From a virus (taxonomy: Duplodnaviria; Caudoviricetes): a DNA stretch of 64,000 nucleotides. The position numbers and the translations under genes were made by a program. Positions within the stretch are counted from its first letter, which is position 1. Each line of letters opens with the position of its first letter. The stretch lies in IMG/VR virus record IMGVR_UViG_3300025401_000648; one strand, 5' to 3'. The notes beneath the pieces are model-generated. The model had not been told where the DNA came from and searched no databases. It saw only the letters and a list, made by a program, of their open reading frames with translations. Positions 46,689-58,300 of the stretch are shown here, in pieces.

Positions 46689-47705
46689 ATGTCTACAAAA
46701 TTTGAACAACTATTAGACTATCTTGTAAACGAGGATCACGAAAAGGCTAACGAACTTTTCCATGAAATCGTTGTAGAGAAGAGTCGTGAAATTTATGAAA
46801 ACCTTATCGCTGAAGAAGATCAGGATATGGAAGAAGCCCGTGACGAAGATATGGAAGAAGCCGCTGACGAAGATATGGAAGAGTCAGCTGATGACGACAT
46901 GGAAGAAGCCTTTGACGCAGACATGGACGAGTCCGAAGATTCATACATGATGGATAGCGATGAAACTGGCGACGAAACTGACGACTTTGGTGGTGATATT
47001 TCTGCTGATGGCGACAACTTTGACGCTCCAGAGGATGACGAACACGGTCACGAAGGTCAAGAAGACAACGCAATCATGGACATCAAGAACGCCATTGCTG
47101 AACTAGAAGCTGCCTTTGCTGAATTAGAGCAAGCTCAAGGTGAAGAAGAACACGAAATGGGCATGGACGGTGATGACGACATGGACATGGACAGTGATGA
47201 CAAAGAAGATGCTGACGAAGACATGATGGGTATGATGGAAAACCGTCGTATGACACGTGAATACGTTGAGAAAGTCGGTAACGACTGGGAAAAGTCTGGT
47301 ACACAAAAAGCTCAAGGTAAGAACGTTGGTTCTGGATCTGGCGATACAGAAGGTGCCCCAGTAGAAGGCCGTAGCCCAGTAAGTTCTGGTAAAGGTAAGC
47401 CAACAACTGGTGCTGATGCTAAAAATATTGGTCAAGGCGGAGACGAAGGTCAAAGCAACACAGGTACAAGTCCAGGCAAAGTAAATCGTGGTATCACTCC
47501 AGAAAGTGGTGACAAGTTTGCTAAAGAAGCTGGTAATGTTCCAGGTGGAAAAATGGGTGTTAAGAATCTAAAGAAAGTTGGTTCTGGATATCCTAACAAC
47601 AACAAGAATCCAGGTCCAGTAGGTTCTGGCTCAGGCGACAAAGCAGGTCAAACAAGTATTGATCCAGCTACAAAACGTCAATTCTTGCCACAGCATACAA
47701 AATAA
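46689..47705 (+). CDS. Prohead core-like protein (very acidic N-half, Gly/Lys-rich C-half)
   Basis: SD AGGAG; D/E/M-rich repeats (DMEEA); immediately upstream of the prohead protease. Confidence 0.7.
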   Translation: MSTKFEQLLDYLVNEDHEKANELFHEIVVEKSREIYENLIAEEDQDMEEARDEDMEEAADEDMEESADDDMEEAFDADMDESEDSYMMDSDETGDETDDFGGDISADGDNFDAPEDDEHGHEGQEDNAIMDIKNAIAELEAAFAELEQAQGEEEHEMGMDGDDDMDMDSDDKEDADEDMMGMMENRRMTREYVEKVGNDWEKSGTQKAQGKNVGSGSGDTEGAPVEGRSPVSSGKGKPTTGADAKNIGQGGDEGQSNTGTSPGKVNRGITPESGDKFAKEAGNVPGGKMGVKNLKKVGSGYPNNNKNPGPVGSGSGDKAGQTSIDPATKRQFLPQHTK

Positions 47706-47718
47706 TTAGAGAGACAGG

Positions 47719-48348
47719 ATGCAATATTCTTACTTACGCGAACATCTAAGTTATGATCAGGCTCAAGTAATTCTTGAGTCTGATGATAAGGACGGCAAAA
47801 ATCTTTATCTAAAAGGTATTGCCATCCAAGGTGGCATTCGTAACGCAAATCAACGTGTTTACCCAGTAGACGAAATTGATCGTGCGGTTAGTACTCTTAT
47901 GGATCAGATTAAAAATGGCTATAGTGTACTAGGTGAAGTTGATCATCCTGACGATTTAAAAGTAAATTTGGATCGTGTGTCCCATATGATAACTCAAATG
48001 TGGATGGAAGGTCCTAATGGTTATGGTAAGATGAAAATTTTACCTACACCGATGGGTAACTTAGTTCGTACTATGCTTGAAAGTGGAGTAAAACTTGGTG
48101 TTAGTTCTCGTGGTAGCGGCAATGTTAACGACATGAACGGCCATGTATCTGATTTCGAGATTATCACAGTAGACGTAGTTGCTCAACCAAGTGCGCCTGG
48201 AGCGTACCCTACTCCTGTTTATGAGCATTTGATGAATGCTCGTGGTGGGAATAGAGCGTTTAGAGTAGCGCAAGAAGTAAAAGAAGATCCAAAGGCCCAG
48301 AAATATTTGAAGGAATCATTACTTCAAATTATTAAAGGTCTAAAATAA
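47719..48348 (+). CDS. gp21: Prohead core protease, T4 gp21-like
   Basis: LGEVDHP...NLDRVSH, GVSSRGSG, D.VAQPSAPGAY motifs. Confidence 0.93.
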   Translation: MQYSYLREHLSYDQAQVILESDDKDGKNLYLKGIAIQGGIRNANQRVYPVDEIDRAVSTLMDQIKNGYSVLGEVDHPDDLKVNLDRVSHMITQMWMEGPNGYGKMKILPTPMGNLVRTMLESGVKLGVSSRGSGNVNDMNGHVSDFEIITVDVVAQPSAPGAYPTPVYEHLMNARGGNRAFRVAQEVKEDPKAQKYLKESLLQIIKGLK

Positions 48349-48364
48349 GCCCGAGGAGAAATAT

Positions 48365-49462
48365 ATGTTGGACGCATTCAAACAATTAGTAGAGTCAGGA
48401 GTAATGACAGAAGACACACGTACTGTCATTGAGTCTGCCTTTGCTGAAAAAATTAAAGAGAATCGCGAACAAGTAACCGCAGAACTTCGTGAAGAGTTTG
48501 CTCAAAAATATAACCAAGATAAAGGTGCTATTGTTGAAGCAGTCGACAAGATGTTAAGCGAGAGATTGCTCGCAGAAATGAGTGAATTGCATGAAGACAA
48601 AAAAGCTCTAGATGAAGCAAAGACAGCATATCGTACAAAGATTGCTGAAGATGCTAAGAAGCTAGAAGGATTTGTAATCACACAATTAGGAAAAGAATTG
48701 GTTGAATTCCAAGGAGACCGTAAAAAAGTATCCGAGAATTTTTCCAAGCTAGAGAGTTTTGTAGTACATGCTCTAGCAAAAGAAATTAGTGAATTTGCCG
48801 CAGACAAGAAGGACCTAGCTGAAACAAAAGTTAAGTTAGTTCGTGAAGCTAAAAACAAATTTGCTGAAATTAAACAAAACTTCATTCAACGTGCTAGTAA
48901 GGTCGTTGAAGGGACTGTTACAACCAAGTTGACATCTGAAATCAAGCAATTGAAAGAAGACATTGACAGTGCTCGTAACAATGACTTTGGTCGTAAGATC
49001 TATGAAGCATTTGCGCAGGAGTTTGCTGGTTCCTATTTAAATGAGAAATCTGAAACAAGTAAATTGTTAAAGATCATTGAAAAGAAAGAACAACAAATTG
49101 CTGAAGCCAAACAAGCCGTAGCAGAAAAAACACAACTAGTAGAATCTACACAACGCGATCTTCGTGTTACTAAAGATCTAATGGAACGTAAAGCTGTTAT
49201 GGGTGAGTTGTTAGCACCATTAGGTGCTGATAAGAGAGATATCATGAAAGAGTTGTTGGAATCCGTTCCAACAAAGAAACTAAATGAGTCTTTCGACAAA
49301 TACCTACCAGCAGTAATGGAAGGACAATCACGTAAAACAGCTCCTAAGAAAGCTATTTTAAGTGAAGGTGCTGAAGTAACTGGAAATCGTGAAGTAAAAG
49401 CCGAGGTAGGCTTAGACAATATTGTTGATATCCGCAAGTTGGCGGGATTAACAAAAATATAA
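48365..49462 (+). CDS. gp22: Prohead scaffolding protein, gp22-like
   Basis: Coiled-coil, E/K-rich; between protease and capsid genes; SD AGGAG. Confidence 0.8.
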   Translation: MLDAFKQLVESGVMTEDTRTVIESAFAEKIKENREQVTAELREEFAQKYNQDKGAIVEAVDKMLSERLLAEMSELHEDKKALDEAKTAYRTKIAEDAKKLEGFVITQLGKELVEFQGDRKKVSENFSKLESFVVHALAKEISEFAADKKDLAETKVKLVREAKNKFAEIKQNFIQRASKVVEGTVTTKLTSEIKQLKEDIDSARNNDFGRKIYEAFAQEFAGSYLNEKSETSKLLKIIEKKEQQIAEAKQAVAEKTQLVESTQRDLRVTKDLMERKAVMGELLAPLGADKRDIMKELLESVPTKKLNESFDKYLPAVMEGQSRKTAPKKAILSEGAEVTGNREVKAEVGLDNIVDIRKLAGLTKI

Positions 49463-49478
49463 TTCAAGGAGACACAAA

Positions 49479-50657
49479 ATGTCACAACTATTAAATGAAA
49501 GATGGTCAGAGACCAAAGAAGCTCTGCTTGAAGGCCTATCTGGTACACGCCGTGCTTCTATGCAAGTTTGCTTAGAAAACACTCGTAAGTATTTGGCTGA
49601 AAGCGCAACAGCAGGCGCGACAAGCGCTGGTAACGTAGCAACACTTAACCGTGTTATTCTTCCAGTAATCCGTCGTGTTATGCCAACAGTTATTGCCAAC
49701 GAAATCATCGGTGTACAACCAATGACTGGTCCAGTTGGCCAAATTCACACATTGCGTGTTCGTTATGCTGATTCTGGCGATAACGTACAAGCTGGTGAAG
49801 AAGCATTAAGCCCATTCAAGATTGCTAGTGCTTACAGTGGTAACAACACTGACGCTACTCCAGGTGCCGCTCAAACATCATTGCTTGAAGGTCAACCAGG
49901 TAAGCGTATGAGCATTCAAATCTTGAAGAGCCCAGTTGAAGCTAAGTCACGTAAACTAAGCGCTCGCTGGACTTTTGAAGCTGCACAAGATGCACAAAGC
50001 CAACAAGGCATTGACATCGAAGCAGAAATCATGGCTGCTCTAGCACAAGAAATCACAACTGAAATTGATCAAGAAATCCTAGCTTCTCTACGTAGCTTGG
50101 CAAGTGTTGAACAAACATACGATCAAAGTTTAGTTTCTGGTACAGCAACATTCGTTGGTGACGAACATGCTGCCTTAGCTATCCAAATCAACCGTGTTGC
50201 TAACTTAATTGCTCAGCGTACACGTCGTGGTGCTGGTAACTGGGCTGTTGTTTCTAACCAAGCATTGACAATTCTACAATCTGCTACTACTAGCGCATTT
50301 GCTCGTACAACAGAAGGTACATTCGAAGCTCCTACAAACACTAAGTTTGTTGGTACATTGAATGGCGCTATGCGTGTTTATGTTGACGCATACATGACAG
50401 ACACTGGTAACGATAACAACCAAGTTCTAATTGGATACAAAGGTTCTAGCGAAGCAGATGCTGCAGCGTTCTATTGCCCATATATTCCTCTAATGAGCTC
50501 TGGTGTTGTTCTAGATCCAGCAACATTTGAGCCAGTAGTTGGCTTCCTAACACGTTACGGTTACGTAGAACTAAGCAACACTGCTTCTTCTCTAGGTAAT
50601 GCAGCTGACTACTTAGGTAAAGTTGCTATCACTAGCGCAAACGTTTCATTCCAGTAA
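49479..50657 (+). CDS. gp23: Major capsid protein, T4 gp23 family
   Basis: IGVQPMTGPVGQI..LR..Y, AKSRKLSARWT.EAAQD...GID.EAE, FYCPYIPL, TRYG motifs. Confidence 0.97.
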   Translation: MSQLLNERWSETKEALLEGLSGTRRASMQVCLENTRKYLAESATAGATSAGNVATLNRVILPVIRRVMPTVIANEIIGVQPMTGPVGQIHTLRVRYADSGDNVQAGEEALSPFKIASAYSGNNTDATPGAAQTSLLEGQPGKRMSIQILKSPVEAKSRKLSARWTFEAAQDAQSQQGIDIEAEIMAALAQEITTEIDQEILASLRSLASVEQTYDQSLVSGTATFVGDEHAALAIQINRVANLIAQRTRRGAGNWAVVSNQALTILQSATTSAFARTTEGTFEAPTNTKFVGTLNGAMRVYVDAYMTDTGNDNNQVLIGYKGSSEADAAAFYCPYIPLMSSGVVLDPATFEPVVGFLTRYGYVELSNTASSLGNAADYLGKVAITSANVSFQ

Positions 50658-50681
50658 TTCGTTACTGTTATTAAAACAAAC

Positions 50682-50705
50682 AAAAGCCCACTTAGGTGGG
50701 CTTTT
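50682..50705 (+). terminator. Rho-independent terminator after the capsid gene
   Basis: aaaagcccac-ttag-gtgggcttttt followed by a T-rich tract. Confidence 0.9.
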
Positions 50706-50718
50706 TGTTGACTATGGG

Positions 50719-50724
50719 TAAATA
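50719..50724 (+). promoter_or_regulatory. Putative late promoter (TAAATA)
   Basis: Just after the capsid terminator. Confidence 0.7.
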
Positions 50725-50729
50725 ATACT

Positions 50730-50781
50730 GTTCGCTCTTAATCGAGAGTTTATGCGGTCCCCGCCGCGTAGGCAATAGAAC
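50730..50781 (+). promoter_or_regulatory. Structured 5' leader (three-way junction) of the 50807 gene
   Basis: gttc/gaac closing stem with ctctt-aatc-gagag and tatgcgg-tccccg-ccgcgta hairpins, beginning 6 nt downstream of TAAATA. Confidence 0.6.
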
Positions 50782-50806
50782 TGTCTATATTCAAGGAGAA
50801 AATAAA

Positions 50807-51709
50807 ATGGGACGTCCAATTAAAAAGAGATTTTTTGTAAGAGGTGGTGGCGCTACACCCACTGATGTAGTTCAATATGAGGGTGTTACAGTCAGTATTA
50901 ATAATACTGGATCACACTATTCTTTAGGTGCTACAGCCAGTGTTTCAGCACCACAAGATGCAGCAGGGGTAACAGCCACTGTAGTTTTAACAGTTACAAC
51001 TACAACAAACGTAGGTGGCGGTTATGGTGGTTTTATCAGTGCCGCAACAATTGCAAATCCAGGTTCTGGATATAACGCAAACCCAACTGTTACAGTTGTT
51101 GCTCCAGCAACTCAAACTGCCACAGTAACAACAAGTTCAACTGCCACTATTACACTAAACGGTGTAAATGGTATCTATGTAGGTATGCAGGCATCAGGAA
51201 CAGGTATTAATGCCTCCACTACTTATGTTACAGCAGTTAATGTAGGTACAAATACAGTTACATTATCAAGAAACAATCAAGCAGGTAGTTTGATTGGTAA
51301 TGTTATCACATTTAGTGATGTTGGTGCTAGTGCTACATTCACAGTTGGTTTAACTCACGTTGAAACAGATACAAATACAATCGCTTGTACAGCTTATCTA
51401 ACAACTGGTTCTAGTGCTGTAAGTTCTGCTATTATCAAACAAGAAGCTGCACATCGTTATCTAGTTGAAAACAACCAAGGTCGTGGTACATGTAAATTAT
51501 CAACCGCCACTGTGTTAACAGCTGGTTTAATGACAATTACTGCTAAAGATACAAGTAATAATGTTTATTTTGTTACAAAATTGACTTCTAAGAAAGCACG
51601 TTTGTGGCAAAAATCTGGTAGCGGCTATTTGTTCAATAACGGACAAACTGTTCACTGGGTAACTGGAACAAACGTAGTTTCAACATTAGTTTCTATTGTA
51701 CTAAACTAA
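50807..51709 (+). CDS. Virion structural protein (possible capsid decoration/fibre), Thr/Val/Gly-rich
   Basis: Own late promoter and SD AAGGAG; follows the capsid gene; GSGYNANPTVTV beta-rich motif. Confidence 0.65.
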   Translation: MGRPIKKRFFVRGGGATPTDVVQYEGVTVSINNTGSHYSLGATASVSAPQDAAGVTATVVLTVTTTTNVGGGYGGFISAATIANPGSGYNANPTVTVVAPATQTATVTTSSTATITLNGVNGIYVGMQASGTGINASTTYVTAVNVGTNTVTLSRNNQAGSLIGNVITFSDVGASATFTVGLTHVETDTNTIACTAYLTTGSSAVSSAIIKQEAAHRYLVENNQGRGTCKLSTATVLTAGLMTITAKDTSNNVYFVTKLTSKKARLWQKSGSGYLFNNGQTVHWVTGTNVVSTLVSIVLN

Positions 51710-51725
51710 TATTTGATACTAATAT

Positions 51726-51751
51726 GAAAAGGGCTCTTGTAGCCCTTTTTC
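51726..51751 (+). terminator. Rho-independent terminator
   Basis: gaaaagggct-cttgt-agcccttttt. Confidence 0.85.
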
Positions 51752-51778
51752 ATTTTGTGCGTACACAAACAGATTAGG

Positions 51779-51784
51779 TAAATA
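51779..51784 (+). promoter_or_regulatory. Putative late promoter (TAAATA)
   Basis: After a terminator, 5 nt before an ATG. Confidence 0.65.
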
Positions 51785-51789
51785 TTGGT

Positions 51790-52323
51790 ATGAGTACACT
51801 TTGGACATCGCCAACAACTATTACGCAGTATGATGAACCTGGCGCTGAACAAGGTTTAGAATTATCAAATGTTGCTTGGGACGATTCTCAAAATTTTGGT
51901 CAACTGATTTCTAATAGCGGATCATTGACTACTAAAGGACAGCTACAGCATATAGCTCGTGCGCCCAAGGTAGATTTAACAACAAAAACTTTTTATCTAC
52001 GACTTTCTGGATTCAATTTTGTTAATTTACCTGAAGTTCTTTCTGGAATACAACTAAGGCTAACTGCTAATAGGGGAGGACGAGTAACAGATGAAACAAT
52101 TCAACTCTGCCTAAACAATGCTGGCATCGGCGATAATTATGGCACACTTAATCTGGACCCAATAAAATTTTATGGTGGTCCCACAGATTTATGGAAAACG
52201 GAATTGAGTATACAAGATATAGTAGATCCAACATTTGGAGTAATTTTAAGATTCCAAGCACATCCAAGATATCCGCACCGAGACGGGGCCTATATCAACC
52301 ATGTTGAATTACAGATATTCTAA
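51790..52323 (+). CDS. Hypothetical late protein (177 aa)
   Basis: ORF 5 nt after TAAATA. Confidence 0.75.
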   Translation: MSTLWTSPTTITQYDEPGAEQGLELSNVAWDDSQNFGQLISNSGSLTTKGQLQHIARAPKVDLTTKTFYLRLSGFNFVNLPEVLSGIQLRLTANRGGRVTDETIQLCLNNAGIGDNYGTLNLDPIKFYGGPTDLWKTELSIQDIVDPTFGVILRFQAHPRYPHRDGAYINHVELQIF

Positions 52324-52328
52324 AACAA

Positions 52329-52334
52329 TAAATA
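52329..52334 (+). promoter_or_regulatory. Putative late promoter (TAAATA) for the giant fibre gene
   Basis: Motif followed by SD AAGGA and ATG. Confidence 0.65.
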
Positions 52335-52351
52335 CTCTAAAGGAATAAGAA

Positions 52352-55300
52352 ATGACCACTGTAACGGTATCCGGAACTCGAGTACAAACCCCGCAAGGGA
52401 TAACAAATTTATCCGCACCTAATGGCGGAGTTACCATCAGTTCTACTAACACGAACATTACAGGTAACACCAATATAGGCGGAAATACATTTATTTCCAA
52501 CACGCTGACGGTGGCATTACAGAGTACCTTAACTGGACAGGTAAGTATTCTATCTCCCTTGGCTTCTACCGGTACACAATCTGGCGGATTAACAGTTGTT
52601 GGTGGTGTAGGTATTGGCGGTGTAGTGTTTATTGGTAGTAATACTAATGTTGAGGGAAATTTAGATGTACAAGGTGTGACAACTATCACAGGAACATTAG
52701 AAGTTATGGGGTTGCTAAACACAGCCACAACTGCCACAACTGGTATTGTTATTAAGCCTAATTCAGACAACGTTGGTAATCCAATAAATCTTCTTTACAC
52801 AAATACTAACATTTATGACACTGCAGCTCATAGACAGCTAGGTGCTGTATATGTTAATGGTGGTGTTGGCATTGAAAAAGATCTAAACGTAGGTGGATTC
52901 ATCTACGGTCGTATTCAGCAAGCCACTACCTCACAAAGTTTCCAAGTTACCGCCACTAACGTTAATCAAATATTCTATCCAACATTTGCTCAATTTAGTG
53001 CTACAACAACTGGATCTGTTTATAGTCCCAATTATATTGATGATATATCTAGTGGTACTAACACTAGCACAGGTGGATTAACTTATAATCCATTTTTGGG
53101 TCAATTAACATCTGATCAAGTACAGGTAGCCGCTAACTATAATTCAACCAGCACAAATACTGGTGCTTTATTGGTTACTGGTGGTGCTGGTATTGGACAA
53201 GATGTTCATGTTGGTGGTAGAGCCTACGCAGAAGCAGTTTATACAAATTTATTGGCCAGTACACAAGGTGACATTGCTGTCAAACCAGCAGGTCAATTAA
53301 CTGACATTTTTGGTGATATTCGTGTTCGTGGTGTTAATCCTTTAGGTACAGGCCCAGTAGTTACTAATACATTGTATGTAACAATGGACGGTGATGATAC
53401 CAATGATGGTCGTGCTATGGACGCAAGTCGTGCTTGCCGTACCATTGGTGGCGCTATGAAGAGCCCATACTATCAACCAGGTACACAGATTCGAGTTAGT
53501 GCCGGACACTACTTTGAAAATAATCCATTGCCAATGAAGCCATATACCAGCGTTATGGGCAGTGACATTCGTACAACAGAAATTGAACCAATTAATAAGA
53601 CACAGGATTTGTTCCATGTAAATTCTGGTTGCTATTTGGCATTCATGCAGTTCTGTCAAGGACGTAGCGGATTGTTACCAGGTAACTATTATGCCAACGG
53701 CTATAATCGCGGTGCTTATGCTACTGCTTTCCCACCACAAACTGGTGCCAATAGAATTGATCTATTCCACTCACCATATATTCAGAACTGTACAAATCTT
53801 TCTGGACCATGGTTACAAGATGCTAGTCTATTCCAGCCTGATGGCACTGTTCAAGTTCCCATTGCTGTAGGTACTGCTACATGGGTAGCAAACACAACCA
53901 GTATGGTAGTTACTTTAGATCATTCAATATCTACAGGTACTATAGTACAAGGTATGTCAATGAATCAAGGTCCACAGCACAAAGGCTTCTTTGATGCTAG
54001 AACCTTGCTATTGGCTAATATACCATTTTTACAATCTCAAGTTGTTAGCTTTGTTGATCAAACATTTAATAGTGGTAGTTTTTCATATGACCAAGCACAG
54101 TGTTATCGTGACACTGGTTTAATTATTGATGCTATTGGTCTCGATATGTTATATCAAAGTCAAACAGAAACCACATTTGCTGGACTTCAATATTGGAGTC
54201 AAGATGTTGGATACACAGGTCTAATTGCTGAAGAAATTGCCACAACGACCAACGCAATTAGTTATTTTAGCACACTAACATTTGCTATTGCTGATGCGAT
54301 TGACGTAAGCGGAAATTCTTCTAACACACTAAGTAATTTATTTGGCGATATTTTAGAAATTTTGAATGTGGGTCCTGCTGATGCTTTTGGTACTGGCGTT
54401 TCAAATGCCTTTATCACGCCTAGCTTACCATCAACTGACGCAACCACTGTTGCTGTATATAATGCCTTGATTGCGGCTATACCTACTATTGCTTTGGAAA
54501 CTGTTAATTGGATCAATGCCAATAATCCGGGATTTGTTTATAGTACATCTACATGCTATCGAGATGTAGGCTACATGATTCAAAGTGTGGCCTTTGACTT
54601 GTTGACTAATAGCAACTGGCAAAGTATTAAATCTGGAGTTTACTACTACGGGTACGATTCAAGTCTTACAGCTATTCCAAACGAGATATCTCAAACCACA
54701 GTAGCATACGACTACATCAAAGCAATTATACCAAACATTGTACAAGGAAAACAATTAAGTACACAATTTAGTACAGCTACTCAGATTATCAACGGGTATC
54801 TCCCTGCTACTTCTTACGAATCAGCAACGCTTCAAAACAGTATTGATTATCTTACAAGCATTATTACCAACGGCCCAAGTGTGGCCGGAGCACAAGCACC
54901 TATCAATTATAACGAGTCAGGAAATATTGAAGTAATAAATGCTTGGAAATTATTAGAAGCCAATAGAAGTTTTATTCAAGCAGAAGTAGTTGCCTATGTT
55001 GACAGTCAATTCAATACATTCTCATACAATAGAGAATTGTGCTACAGAGATACTGGTATTTTAATTGAAAATGTATCTTATGATGCCACATTTGGCGGCA
55101 ACGCTAAATCTATTGAATCTGGCCTAGCATACTGGAACGGAGCAGTTAGTGTAATTGCTGGTCAACAACCACAGACAGCGGCAGCCATTAACTATCTAAA
55201 TTCACTGTGCCAACAAGTTATTACTAATACTACATGTACCATACTTGCCCCAGTATATGGAATATCATCTGGAACACAAGTCATCAACACTGTGTTGAAT

Positions 55301-58300
55301 CAAGGAGCAGTGGCCAGTTCTAGTATTGCTTCATGTTTTAATATTATCAGTACAATTATACAGAATGGACCAACTGCCGCACCTGAATCATTTAGTAGTA
55401 GTGCAGCTGATGCCGCATATCTAAGTGCTGAAGTATTGATGCAATTAAACAGAAAATTCATCCAGGAAGATACAATCAACTGGATTAACAATACCTTCCA
55501 AGCCTTCCCATATAATAAAGTAAAATGTGAAAGAGATATTGGAGTTGTTCTAAATTCTGTAATAGAAGATGTTTTATTCCCAACTAGTTCTTTCAGTCAA
55601 AGCACATTTGCTGGGCTACAATACTACAGTCAAAGCACAAGTACACAGTCGATTATACCTAACGAAATTAATCAAACAATAGAGGCTGTGGCGTACCTAA
55701 GCGATCTAAGTGCTAAAATTGTACAAAATATTACACCAGCAGATGATTTAGTGGCACGTTATCAAACAGCGGTTCCACAAGTCACTAATTTAACTCCAGC
55801 CAATGCTGCCGAAGCAGCCATTGTACAGGCAAACTACAATAATATTTTAAAAATATTAAATGGTCAAACCACTGGTTGGACTGATCAATTAGAATTTGGA
55901 TTCACAGCCAGCAGATTTTTAAGTGTCAAAAATGCCTATGCCTTATTACAGGCCAATAAAGCATATTTAGAAGCTGAAGTTGTGGCCTATATTAACGCAA
56001 CCAATCCTGGATTTAGTACTACATATAATCAAGCAACTTGTAAGAGAGACATTGGTTATATGACAGACTGTGTAAGTTTTGATTTGCTATATGGTGGTAA
56101 CAAACAAAGTATCCAAGCAGGTTTATACTACTATGGTTTCATAAGCACAGTGTCTAACATTGCGAATGAATCCACACAAACAGTAGCGGCATTTACATAC
56201 ATGTCAAACTTGGTTGGCGAAGTTATACAAAATATTCCTGTTATAGCATTGTCTACAGCTACACAAAATTTAGTGGCAGCGCCAGCAGTTACAAACACAG
56301 CAACGATTAATTTGTTTGCTCAGGCATTTAGTACCATAACAAATATTATTACTAATGGACCAAGTGTTGCCGCTGACGCAAGTCCTATTAGTCTAGTTGA
56401 AACAACATCAACTGATGCGCTAAATGCCCTAACAATTCTACAAGCTAACCTTAGCTTTATTCAAGCTGAAGTTTTACAATATATTGATAATGCTTATCAA
56501 TCAGTGCCTTATACCTACAACACCACAACATGTTATAGAGATACTGGGTTAATTATTGACAGCATTGCCACAGACATGTTGTACGATAGCATAAGCGAAA
56601 GTACATTTGCTGGCCTACAATATTGGAATCAAGGCGGTCTGACTGGATTAATTGGTGTTGAATTGACAACAACCACAGCGGCAATTAACTTTGCTAACTC
56701 ATTGACAGTGGCATTAATATCAGATACTGATGCGCAAGCAACTGTAACTGGATTGTTTAATCAAATTACATCCATATTAAATGGCGGAACAGCTGGAATT
56801 ACGGATCAAATAACTAGTAATGGCTTACCAAGCACAACTGGTACTATTGTCACGGCCTATAACACAATTCAAAACAATATTGCGTCAATACAGCAACAGA
56901 CTATAAATTGGATCAATTATACATATCCGTCATTTGTTTATAGTACATCAACTTGCTATAGAGACCTTGGTTATATTTTAAACAGTGTGAGTTTTGACCT
57001 ATTACACGGCGGTAACAAGCAAAGCATTAAATCTGGTGCTTACTACTATTCTTATATTTCCACAAGTAGTCAGGTATCTACAGAAATGCCTGAAGTTATT
57101 GCGGCTTATGATTTTGTTTCTGATCTAGTTCGTTATGTAGTACTGGCTGAGCCAGCACCTAGAGTATTCCAAACTGGCACTGTTCAGGTAACTACCTTGC
57201 CGGCAGCTACTAATGATGAAGTAGGTACCTTACAAGGTAATTTAACTGTTATCACTGATATTATCAGTAATGGTCCATCGGCAGCAGGGCCAAAATTACC
57301 AATTGGACAAACAATAGATTCAAATCCAAATGTTCTAAATGCCTACAATCTATTGGAAGCCAACAGATCATTTATACAAGAAGAAACAATAGCATTTATA
57401 AATGGCACATTTGTAAGGCCTGGTCCATCATTTAGTTATAATGAAGATCTATGCTACAGAGATACAGGATTAATTGTTGATGCTGTTTCGCAAGATGTAT
57501 TATTAGGTGGTAATCAGAAGTCTATCGAAGCTGGACTAGCATATTGGAATCAAGGTTACAATTATGTAACTGGACAAGAAACTACTACCACTTTAGCGAT
57601 TAGCCATGCTAGGGATTTAGCACTGAAAATTATTTCTAATGAACCAATAGTTGCTCAACCACAGACTGAAACTAAACAAATAATAAATCCGTTTTATAGT
57701 TATGGAAGCGCCTATATGCCTAAACAGGCAGTGGCTAGAAGTTTTAATATTGTAACAGATATTATTAATCGTGGGCCACTGTATGCTCCTATTTTATATC
57801 CAGGTAGCGGGTTAGTTAATACAACTGGATTAAATGCTTTAGATGTACAGATTGCTCCTAAGGTAACTAGTGTACAACAATTGACATCAAATACTTACTT
57901 GATAGGTATGAGTACATCAACAGTGGGATTTGGTGATTATGCTACACTATATTTTGGTGACACTTACATATGGCCTCTACAGGATCCTCAGGTTGAAGCA
58001 CTAGCACTTCAGTACACAGGTCATACTGGTACATGGGATCTACGTAAATTTGACCCAATTGGTGGTATGGGCGGATCTTTAGTTGACGGTGCTGTTATTA
58101 GTGATCGTAGTCCAATTCAATCTTTTGTTTATGATGCGTTTACACAATTGACACAAGGTGGTCGTGGTGTACATATTACCAATGATGGTTACGCACAGTT
58201 AGTTTCTGTGTTCACAATCTTCTCCAGTGTGGGTGTTCAAGTCGACAATGGCGGTATTGCTTCTATTGTTAACAGTAACGCTAACTTTGGTGATCTTTGC

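Noticed and set aside
46402-49708. Antisense ORFs over the head genes (46402, 46804, 46820, 47083, 47124, 47450, 48061, 48502, 49033, 49448)
   Set aside because: They lie antisense to strongly codon-biased real genes or regulatory DNA and have no recognisable motifs or initiation signals.
50757-50763. Leader loop gtccccg complementary to cggggac (39623-29) in the large RNA
   Set aside because: A 7-bp complement between regions of this size is expected by chance.
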